This document shows positions 16,561 through 23,236 of a stretch of DNA of 36,035 bases, piece after piece. The number at the start of each line of letters is the position of its first letter. Position 1 is the first letter of the stretch. Made by a program: the position numbers and the translations under genes. The stretch comes from Deltaproteobacteria bacterium (GTDB lineage Bacteria; Desulfobacterota; Desulfuromonadia; Desulfuromonadales; JAAYDE01). The notes beneath the pieces were generated by a model that saw nothing but the letters and a program-made list of their open reading frames with translations, had not been told where the DNA came from and did not search any database. The stretch covers positions 1-36,035 of the forward strand of contig JAFZPK010000125.1 in assembly GCA_017552515.1 (NCBI GenBank). The letters are read 5' to 3'.

Positions 16561-17193
16561 ATGAAGAGAATATTCGCCATTGCATTGATGTTGTTTATTG
16601 GAACCACATCTATCTCCGGTGAGGCTACTGCCAAAATCGCGGTTGGCAGTATCATTGAAAGTGCCACATTAGCAGTCAAGGAAGCAGCAAGTGCTGTTGG
16701 AGATGCAGCTGCCGTTGCAGGCAAAACAGTGTTTTCTGCAGGAGGGAAAGTAGTAAGTGCTGTTGAAGATGCAGCTATAGCTGCAGGAAAAGTAGCGATT
16801 GATGTAGGAGAGAAATCAGCAAGTGCCGTTGGAGATGTAGCTGTTACTGCAGGAAAAGCAGTGTTTTCTGTAGGTGAAGAGGCAGTAAGCACTATTAAAG
16901 GTGCAGTTGTTATTGCAGGCAAAGCAGCGATTCCTGCAGTAAGTGCTGTTAGAAATGCAGCTGCTGTTACAGAAACTTTTGTAAAAAAATATAAGACTCC
17001 TATTACAATATTTGCTTCTTTGATTGTACCAGAGTCCATGACCAAGGTTAAGCTTTTAGGAGATGCAGCTGTCGTTACAGGCACTTTTGTAAAAAAATAT
17101 GAGGCTCCTATTATAAAATTGGCTTCTTTGATTATACCAGAGCATATGACCGAGGTTAAGTTTTTGATTAATTTGTTAAGCTCATTGTCGTGA
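16561..17193 (+). CDS. exported Ala/Val/Gly/Lys-rich repeat protein (11/22-residue periodicity)
   Basis: 210 aa. Strong SD aggaggaagg. Signal peptide 'MKRIFAIALMLFIGTTSISGEATA|K'. Four 22-aa repeats and two 36-aa repeats. Visibly AT-rich relative to the host. Confidence 0.7.
   Translation: MKRIFAIALMLFIGTTSISGEATAKIAVGSIIESATLAVKEAASAVGDAAAVAGKTVFSAGGKVVSAVEDAAIAAGKVAIDVGEKSASAVGDVAVTAGKAVFSVGEEAVSTIKGAVVIAGKAAIPAVSAVRNAAAVTETFVKKYKTPITIFASLIVPESMTKVKLLGDAAVVTGTFVKKYEAPIIKLASLIIPEHMTEVKFLINLLSSLS
16699..16962 (+). repeat. 4 x 66-bp in-frame tandem repeat
   Basis: The units encode GDAAAVAGKTVFSAGGKVVSAV / EDAAIAAGKVAIDVGEKSASAV / GDVAVTAGKAVFSVGEEAVSTI / KGAVVIAGKAAIPAVSAVRNAA. Confidence 0.8.
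16957..17172 (+). repeat. 2 x 108-bp in-frame tandem repeat
   Basis: The unit gcagctg(c/t)(t/c)gttaca..ttttgtaaaaaaatat.. starts at 16957 and again at 17065. The units encode AAAVTETFVKKYKTPITIFASLIVPESMTKVKLLGD / AAVVTGTFVKKYEAPIIKLASLIIPEHMTEVKFLIN. Confidence 0.8.
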
Positions 17194-17301
17194 TGTAGTT
17201 CTGTTTTGTGCGAGAGTATAATAAATTTTTTGTAAACCAGTAGGCAAGTATATGCCTCTTGGATTGATGTTGATAGACTCGATTCAGGAGGCATTTTTTT
17301 T

Positions 17302-17556
17302 ATGACAAAACAAAGGAAACTAACACCAAAGAGAAGGGAACTGCTCAAGGAACTGCTACTGCCCGTTGTTGAAGGATATTCTGTTAAGCAAGTATATTCC
17401 TTTAACGGAGATGGTCGATAACAACGGGCAGGAACAGTTAAAAACAAGTCAGCTGTTTCCAGATATATTCGGGAAGCCCTTGAAGATGGTGTCATCAAGC
17501 TTTTCGACTCGGAAGCTCCAAAGAGCCAAATGAAGTATATGCCATTCTGGGTCTGA
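17302..17556 (+). pseudogene. small HTH-like gene interrupted by an in-frame TAA
   Basis: AGGAGG SD, then ATG at 17302. Reads 'MTKQRKLTPKRRELLKELLLPVVEGYSVKQVYSFNGDGR*QRAGTVKNKSAVSRYIREALEDGVIKLF...', with the TAA at 17419-17421. Confidence 0.4.
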
Positions 17557-17567
17557 TAGAGTTGGCA

Positions 17568-17760
17568 GCTATTGACAACAGCGTGGTAGATTCATCGCTT
17601 ATTGCATTCAACCTCTTGATTTCATGCAATTTCTTCCTATTGACGGGCTATTGATGACAATGTGGCAGACTTGTCGTTCATAATATTTAACAATTTGATT
17701 TTATACAACTTTTTATCTATTGATGGGCTATTGATGGCAGGTTGCGGGACATCCTCTTCG
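17568..17760 (+). repeat. tandem ~80-bp direct repeats (2 full units plus 1 diverged), iteron-like
   Basis: Units start at 17568, 17647 and 17727. Each begins GCTATTGA(T)GRCA and ends CTATTGAYGG, which gives paired CTATTGA motifs 12 bp apart at the unit junctions. Confidence 0.7.
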
Positions 17761-17935
17761 ACTGCCTGATTGGGCATGGGGCACTTGAGAAACTTATCAC
17801 GCCGGTTGAAACATCATCCGCAGGGTGCGAGACCGGCGCAACATTCTTCACTGTACTGATGGGCGGTTGGGAGGAATCGCGCCGGGAGTTTATCGGGAAC
17901 AGTGCGTTGACGGTGCCGAATTTGGGTATTTAAAG

Positions 17936-18030
17936 CCTTCCCCTATGGTGAGGGGAAGGTGTCCCGAAGGGACGGATGAGGTGAAATCTGGTCTCCGACC
18001 TCTCCTGCCCCTTCGGGGCACTGCATTTTT
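17936..18030 (+). other. GC-rich triple-hairpin element ending in a terminator-like stem and T tract
   Basis: ccttcccc-tatggtga-ggggaagg (17936-59), gtccc-gaa-gggac (17961-73) and tgcccc-ttc-ggggca (18006-20), followed by ctgcattttt. Confidence 0.4.
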
Positions 18031-18072
18031 CTGCGGGCATCGGATTTCATCCCATGTCCTTGAAAAAGCCTC

Positions 18073-18135
18073 CCAAGGAGAAGGCAAACTGCTCCTGCCT
18101 GTTGTTAAAAGACATTCTGTTAAGTGAGTATATTT
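18073..18135 (+). repeat. degenerate second copy of the 5' part of the 17302 gene
   Basis: ccaaggagaaggcaaactgctcctgcctgttgttaaaagacattctgttaagtgagtatattt compares with 17326-17399 ccaaagagaagggaactgctc..ctgcccgttgttgaaggatattctgttaagcaagtatattc. Confidence 0.6.
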
Positions 18136-18313
18136 ACTCCATTTCCCAATTATCCTGGCTGCTTGAGGGCCTTGGGCAGGAGACAAGCGCTGGACAAGAG
18201 GCCGAAAAGTGTTGTCGTATTGCTGCGAAAGTGCACATCAGGGGGAGAGAAAAGTGTCTGATGGAGTCCTGGCCCAGTCTGTGGGCGAAAGGTGGCGATG
18301 GGGCTCCATTGTG

Positions 18314-18377
18314 TTGACTTCTGTCGTCTTCTTCCCCATACTCCGAATTTCCGTTACATGTAACAGAATTTCGGAGT
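18314..18377 (+). promoter_or_regulatory. candidate promoter plus 38-bp near-perfect palindrome upstream of the ATPase gene
   Basis: TTGACT (18314-19), 17 nt, CATACT (18337-42). The palindrome actccgaatttccgttaca|tgtaacagaatttcggagt spans 18340-18377 (17 of 19 arm positions pair) and covers the ggag SD. Confidence 0.45.
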
Positions 18378-18383
18378 AGGCCT

Positions 18384-19634
18384 ATGGACATTCTCCGCCC
18401 CATCTATCTGGAAAGACTGATACAACGCCGGGACAACGGCATGGCCAAGGTCATCACCGGTATCCGGCGCTGCGGCAAGTCGTATCTGCTCTTCAACATC
18501 TTCCGGCGGCATTTGCTGGAGGCGGGCGTGCCCAAAGAACGTATCGTAGGCGTCGATCTGGACGGCATCGAAAATGAAGGGCTGCGCGAGCCGCACCGGC
18601 TGTACAGCCACATCAGGGAGCGGCTCGCGGGCAATCCCGGTTACGTACTCATCGACGAAATCCAGTATGTGGAGCGTTTTGCCGACGTGGTCAACGGGCT
18701 CATGCGCCTGCCCGGCGTGGATGTGTACATCACTGGCAGCAATTCGCGCTTCCTTTCCACCGACATCCTCACCGAGTTTCGCGGACGCGGCGACGAGGTG
18801 CGGGTGCGGCCCCTCAGTTTCGCCGAGTACCTGCCCGCCCACGGCGGCACCCCGCAGGCGGCCTGGAAGGACTACTACACCTTCGGCGGCCTGCCGCTCA
18901 CGCTTTCCCGGCCCGACGACACGGCCCGCATGGAATATCTGGCCAGTCTTTTCGATACAGTGTACCTGCGCGACATCTGCGACCGCAACCGCCTGCGGCA
19001 TCTGGACGAACTGAACGCTTTGACGGACATCCTCGCCTCGGCCGCCGGTTCCCTCACCAGCCCGCACCGCATCGAAAACACCTTCAAAAGCCGGCAGCGT
19101 AAGGCGGTCAGCGACAAGACCATTACCGCCTGGATCGACTTTCTTGCCGACGCCTTCCTGCTGGAAGGGGCCCGGCAGTACGACGTGCGCGGCCGCCGCC
19201 ACATCGACTCTCCCCGCAAGTACTATTTCACCGACACGGGTTTGCGCAACGCCCGCCTGGGCTTCCGCGAGCAGGACGAGAACCACCTGATGGAAACCGT
19301 GATTTACAATGAGTTGCGGGCGCGCGGCTATGCGGTGGACGTGGGCATGATCGAGGCCACGGAAGCGAACGGTGACGGCAAGCGCGGCAGGCAGCGTTTG
19401 GAGGTGGATTTCGTGGCGCGGCGGGGCAATGACCAGTGCTACATCCAGTCGGCCTTCGCCCTTCCAACCGATGCCAAGGCGGAACAGGAGTACCGCCCGC
19501 TCAGGAAGATCCGGGACGCCTTCCGCAAGTTTGTCATCGTGCGGGACGACATCAAGGCCAAACGCGACGCAGACGGCATTGTAACCCTGGGGCTTTGGGA
19601 TTTTTTGCTGGATCGGGACAGTCTGGCCCGGTAA
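18384..19634 (+). CDS. AAA+ ATPase of the AAA_14 / DUF4143 type
   Basis: 416 aa. Walker A 'TGIRRCGKSYLL', Walker B 'YVLIDEIQYV', 'YITGSNSRFLS', and a C-terminal nuclease-like region 'EVDFVARRG'. Confidence 0.85.
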   Translation: MDILRPIYLERLIQRRDNGMAKVITGIRRCGKSYLLFNIFRRHLLEAGVPKERIVGVDLDGIENEGLREPHRLYSHIRERLAGNPGYVLIDEIQYVERFADVVNGLMRLPGVDVYITGSNSRFLSTDILTEFRGRGDEVRVRPLSFAEYLPAHGGTPQAAWKDYYTFGGLPLTLSRPDDTARMEYLASLFDTVYLRDICDRNRLRHLDELNALTDILASAAGSLTSPHRIENTFKSRQRKAVSDKTITAWIDFLADAFLLEGARQYDVRGRRHIDSPRKYYFTDTGLRNARLGFREQDENHLMETVIYNELRARGYAVDVGMIEATEANGDGKRGRQRLEVDFVARRGNDQCYIQSAFALPTDAKAEQEYRPLRKIRDAFRKFVIVRDDIKAKRDADGIVTLGLWDFLLDRDSLAR

Positions 19635-19671
19635 CAGGCTCCGCAGCCGGAATTTTAAAATGGCAGGAAAA

Positions 19672-19721
19672 ACAATGCCCTGCAAGCTTTTGGCACTATG
19701 CAGGGCATTGTGAAATTTTTT
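19672..19721. terminator. bidirectional terminator (right copy of the 18-nt repeat)
   Basis: A 13-bp stem acaatgccctgca / tgcagggcattgt. T tracts follow on both strands, serving the ATPase gene (+) and tRNA-Ser (-). Confidence 0.65.
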
Positions 19722-19723
19722 AA

Positions 19724-19811
19724 TGGCGGAGAGGGAGGGATTCGAACCCCCGGTACCTGACGGTACAATTGCTTTCGAGGCAATCACCTTCAACCACTCG
19801 GACACCTCTCC
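19724..19811 (-). tRNA. tRNA-Ser (anticodon CGA)
   Basis: The reverse complement folds as acceptor GGAGAGG/CCTCTCC and anticodon stem ATTGC/GCAAT with loop CTCGAAA. It has a long variable arm GTACC-GTCA-GGTAC, a T loop GGTTCGAATCC, and an encoded CCA. Confidence 0.9.
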
Positions 19812-19825
19812 GCGGATCGTTTCGC

Positions 19826-20308
19826 TTAAGTAACAGCTTTTTTACGCTCGCGCAAGGAAAAGAAAAAACCGCTCAGCAGATTTCCGCACAGTTCGTCCAG
19901 AACGCCTTCCGTGACCTCCACACGATGGTTGAAGTGCGGATCCGCGGAGAAGTTGTGGACGGAACCGGCCGCGCCCGCGCGCGGATCCCGGCAGCCGAAC
20001 ACCAGGCGCGGAATGCGCGCCAGAATGATGGCCCCCATGCACATGGTGCAGGGCTCCAGCGTGACGTACAGCGTGCAGTCGCACAGCCGCCAGGAGCCCA
20101 AAGCCGCGGCGGCGGCCTGAATGGCGGTCAACTCCGCGTGGGCGGTGGGATCCTGCGCGGTTTCGCGCCGGTTGCCGCCGCGCGCGATGATCACTCCATC
20201 GTGGACGATGACCGCGCCCACCGGCACTTCGTCAAGCAGCGCCGCGCGGCGCGCCTCCCGCAGCGCTTCCAGCATGAAAAGCTGATCGGTGCTAAACTGT
20301 TGTTCCAT
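19826..20308 (-). CDS. tadA: tRNA-specific adenosine deaminase
   Basis: 160 aa with 'PVGAVIV', 'HAELTAI' and '[12 protein letters not shown]' (the CDA zinc motif). It is the 3' end of a spurious 964-aa ORF. Confidence 0.9.
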   Translation of the reverse strand: MEQQFSTDQLFMLEALREARRAALLDEVPVGAVIVHDGVIIARGGNRRETAQDPTAHAELTAIQAAAAALGSWRLCDCTLYVTLEPCTMCMGAIILARIPRLVFGCRDPRAGAAGSVHNFSADPHFNHRVEVTEGVLDELCGNLLSGFFFSLRERKKAVT

Positions 20309-20560
20309 GAAACGTTTTTCTTCCTTGGCACTTTTCAGGATTGCATCCGCGCTAGGATATCCCGGATAATAAATATCTTTCCCTTTTGGAAAAACCGAAA
20401 GCAAGGGCCCAGGCTGTTTTTGAACCGTTGGAGACGAGCATACAAACCGCGAGCGCGCTTCGCAAGTCTCTGTAAAGAGCGGGTCGGCGGCCATGCCTGT
20501 TTCGGGCGGAGATACCTTTCGCGCCTTGCGCTTTTGCGCTGTTCTTGAGATGGAGTTGCC

Positions 20561-22651
20561 ATGACCAGTGAAAAGAGTCCTGACGATATCGTTTCGATGC
20601 CGGTTTTCACCACCGAAGACGAGGCCTTGCCGGCGCAGCTGTGTCCGGGCGCCGTGCTGCTGCGGAAAATTCTCATCGGGGAGCGGATGTGGCGGGTGAC
20701 CATCGCGGCCGCCGATCGGCGCGGCCTGCTTTCGGTTCTGGCCGGTCTGTTCACCGCAACTGGTGTCGATATCCGGCGCGCCCGGCTGACCACCCGCCGG
20801 GAACTGCGCGCCGTCCTCGACCTGTTCGAGGTGAGCCTGCCGGAAACGATCACGGAGACCGCCGTCTTCTGGAACGAATTCGAGGAGGAGCTGCGCGAAC
20901 TGCTGCGCCTGGAGGCGCCCGCCGCCCGCCTGCGCCTGATCGATCGTATCTGCAGCGCCATGCATGACCGCCCGCATCCCGAACATCCGCTTTTGCCGGT
21001 GGCCATCCGCTTCGACAATGAGGCCGCGCCGGATCTGACCGCCCTGCATATCCGCTACGAAGACACCCAGGGCTTTCTGTTTTCCTTCGCCAACGCGCTG
21101 AGCATGCTCGAGATCAATATCGAAAACGCCGAGATCCGCACCGACGGCACCACGGTTCGCGACACCTTCTGGATCCAGGACACGCAGCGCCGCAAGATCG
21201 ACGATCCGGGCAAGCTCATGCAGATTCGTGCCGCCTGCGCGCTTATCAAGCAGTTTACCCACATGCTGCCCCTGTCCGCCGATCCCGGGCAGGCGCTGCG
21301 CCAGTTTGGCGATCTGGTGCGGCAGGTGCTGTTCCAGCGGGAATGGGCCGGCGATCTGGGCGGCATCAGCTCGCAGCGGGCGCTCAATACGCTGGCGACC
21401 GTCATGGGCGTCAGCCGTTTTTTGTGGGAAGATTTTCTGCGGATGCAGCATGAAAATCTCTTTCCGCTGCTTTCGGACAAAAACGCGCTGGAGCAGAGTT
21501 TCAGCCGGAACGATTTTGCCGCCGCGCTGGACGAGGAGTTGAAAAGCGCCGGAAACTATGACGAACGGGCGCAGATCCTCAACAACTTTAAGGACCGCCA
21601 CATGTTCCGCGTCGATTTGCAGCACATTACCGGCCGGATTGGCGATATCTGCTTTTCGTCGGAGCTGAGCGATCTGGCCGATGTGGTGGTGGAGCGCATG
21701 GCGTGGCTCTGTTACGAACATCTTTCCGGCCAGTGCGGTGAACCACGCCTGGAGGACGGCCGGCCCTGCCGCTGGGCGGTGCTGGCGGCGGGAAAGACCG
21801 GAGGGCGCGAGATGGGTTTCGCCTCCGACATCGAGCTGATCTTCGTCTACGAGGGCGCGGGAACGTGTGCGGGCGATCCGGCGCTGGACAACGGCCGCTT
21901 TTTCGAGAAGCTGGCCCGCCTGTTCGTGCATGATTTGAAGGCGCGGCGGGAGGGCATTTTCCATGTCGATATGCAGCTGCGCCCGCATGGCGCCAGGGGA
22001 CCGCTGGCGACCTCGCTTGAGGCTTTTGCCCGCTACTATGCGCCGTCTGGAGGGGCGGCGCAGTTCGAACGCATGGCGCTGGTGCGCCTGCGGCCGGTAG
22101 CCGGTGGTGCGGAGCTGGCCAAAGAGGTGATGGCCCTGCGCGACGCCTTCGTCTACAGCGGAGCGCCTCTGGATATCGGCGAGATTCGCCGTCTGCGCGC
22201 GCGCCAGCTTGCGGAATCCGTGACGCCCGGCGCCATCAATGTCAAATACGGGGCGGGCGGCCTGGTCGATCTGGAATATTTCATTCAGGCCCTGCAGATC
22301 CGCTATGGGCACGAGCTTCCGGAACTGCGGGTGACCAACACCGCCGTGGCGCTGAACCGGCTGCAGCAGGCCGGTATCGTCGGCGAGGAACTTGCCGAGC
22401 GCGTTCGCCGTGTTTACCGCTGCCTGCGGCGCCTGATCGACGCGCTGCGAGTGGTGCGCGGCAATGCCCGTGATCTTGCGGTTCCTCCGGCGGATTCCTC
22501 CGATTTCGGCTACCTGGCGCGGCGCCTGGGCTATACTCCGGAGGAACTGACGGCCGAACTTGACTGGAGCATGCGCTGCTGTGAAAGCCTGTGGCAGGAG
22601 AAGGAGCTCCTGACCGGCGGGCCGCGCACGGCGCCGGATGAGGCGGATTGA
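20561..22651 (+). CDS. GlnE-family nucleotidyltransferase (glutamine synthetase adenylyltransferase-like) with two N-terminal ACT-like domains
   Basis: 696 aa with 'AAGKTGGREMGFASDIELIFVYE', 'VDMQLRPHGARGPLATSLEAF' and 'FERMALVRLRPVAG'. N-terminal ACT-like segments are 'VTIAAADRRGLLSVLAGLFTATGVDIRRARL' and 'LHIRYEDTQGFLFSFANALSMLEINIENAEI'. Confidence 0.75.
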   Translation: MTSEKSPDDIVSMPVFTTEDEALPAQLCPGAVLLRKILIGERMWRVTIAAADRRGLLSVLAGLFTATGVDIRRARLTTRRELRAVLDLFEVSLPETITETAVFWNEFEEELRELLRLEAPAARLRLIDRICSAMHDRPHPEHPLLPVAIRFDNEAAPDLTALHIRYEDTQGFLFSFANALSMLEINIENAEIRTDGTTVRDTFWIQDTQRRKIDDPGKLMQIRAACALIKQFTHMLPLSADPGQALRQFGDLVRQVLFQREWAGDLGGISSQRALNTLATVMGVSRFLWEDFLRMQHENLFPLLSDKNALEQSFSRNDFAAALDEELKSAGNYDERAQILNNFKDRHMFRVDLQHITGRIGDICFSSELSDLADVVVERMAWLCYEHLSGQCGEPRLEDGRPCRWAVLAAGKTGGREMGFASDIELIFVYEGAGTCAGDPALDNGRFFEKLARLFVHDLKARREGIFHVDMQLRPHGARGPLATSLEAFARYYAPSGGAAQFERMALVRLRPVAGGAELAKEVMALRDAFVYSGAPLDIGEIRRLRARQLAESVTPGAINVKYGAGGLVDLEYFIQALQIRYGHELPELRVTNTAVALNRLQQAGIVGEELAERVRRVYRCLRRLIDALRVVRGNARDLAVPPADSSDFGYLARRLGYTPEELTAELDWSMRCCESLWQEKELLTGGPRTAPDEAD

Positions 22652-22802
22652 AAATGAGGGCGGAAGGAGCCCGGTTTGCCGGGGATCGGTGGAATTGTGT
22701 GGAACAGTGGTTGACAACATCGTGATTTTATGAATGAATTACAAATTTGCTCCGATGCGCTACAGATCGGAAAATGATTTTCATCAAGGAGAGAGAAGAA
22801 CA

Positions 22803-23186
22803 ATGGTAGAGCTTGATTTTTCCAAGACGGCTGACGGACTGATCCCCGCGATTGCCCAGGATTGGCAGACGGGCGAAGTGCTGATGCTTGCCTACATCAA
22901 CCGGGATTCCTGGGAGAAGACCCTGGCCACCGGCAAGGCCACCTACTGGAGCCGTTCGCGCAAGAAGTTCTGGGTCAAGGGCGAGGAATCCGGAAATATC
23001 CAGAAGATTAAGGAAATTCTGGTGGACTGCGATCTGGATACGGTCATTTTCAAGGTGGAGCAGGTGGGGGGAGCTGCGTGCCACGAAGGCTACCACAGCT
23101 GCTTTTTCCGGAAGCTGGAAGATGGCGCGCTGCGTATTGTCGGCGAACGGGTCTTCGATCCGGCGGAAGTCTATAAAAAACATTGA
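22803..23186 (+). CDS. hisI: phosphoribosyl-AMP cyclohydrolase
   Basis: 127 aa with 'LIPAIAQD...[11 protein letters not shown]', '[18 protein letters not shown]' and 'DCDLDT...[10 protein letters not shown]'. SD aaggagag upstream. Confidence 0.9.
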   Translation: MVELDFSKTADGLIPAIAQDWQTGEVLMLAYINRDSWEKTLATGKATYWSRSRKKFWVKGEESGNIQKIKEILVDCDLDTVIFKVEQVGGAACHEGYHSCFFRKLEDGALRIVGERVFDPAEVYKKH

Positions 23187-23236
23187 AAACCTTTTTTGCA
23201 TGAAATGTGCGTTTTGTTTCAAGAGGGAGAAAAACC

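Larger units (their letters stand above)
15303..19721. mobile_element. decayed accessory/mobile-element patch adjoining the 3' end of tRNA-Ser
   Basis: It holds phage-type pseudogenes, an AT-rich core (about 15.95-18.35 kb, clearly lower G+C than the flanks by eye), tandem repeats and duplicated gene fragments. No integrase or transposase gene is left. Confidence 0.4.

Noticed and set aside
16332-17498. 388-aa minus-strand ORF across the repeat-protein gene
   Set aside because: It is the reverse translation of Ala/Val/Gly codon repeats, giving Ala/Thr/Ser-rich low complexity. It spans the ArsR 3' end and two intergenic regions. The plus-strand gene has a strong SD and a signal peptide.
17568-17760. 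Possible mini-CRISPR array
   Set aside because: The sequences between the conserved CTATTGA-containing blocks are themselves homologous from unit to unit. This is therefore a tandem duplication, not repeats plus unique spacers. No cas genes are present.
17742-17933. 63-aa ORF (TTG start) after the tandem repeats
   Set aside because: It begins inside the third repeat unit, has no SD and no recognisable motif. The slightly higher G+C may mean it is a fragment of a lost gene, but that cannot be supported.
18354-19805. 483-aa minus-strand ORF
   Set aside because: It is antisense to the AAA ATPase gene and runs through the bidirectional terminator and the tRNA-Ser gene. It cannot be a real CDS.
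15200-19811. Direct repeat of the tRNA-Ser 3' end marking attL/attR
   Set aside because: I could not find a second copy of the tRNA 3' segment (ggattcgaaccc...ctccgcca) anywhere in the window. Only the terminator-arm 18-mer is duplicated.
20326-20345. Sigma54-like TGGCAC ... TTGCA upstream of the GlnE-like gene
   Set aside because: The two elements are separated by 9 nt instead of the required 5 nt (GG to GC offset is 16, not 12), so the motif is unlikely to be functional.
20309-22720. Upstream 800 codons of the 964-aa minus-strand ORF
   Set aside because: Only the last 160 codons (tadA) carry recognisable motifs. The rest is antisense to the GlnE-like gene and crosses its promoter region.
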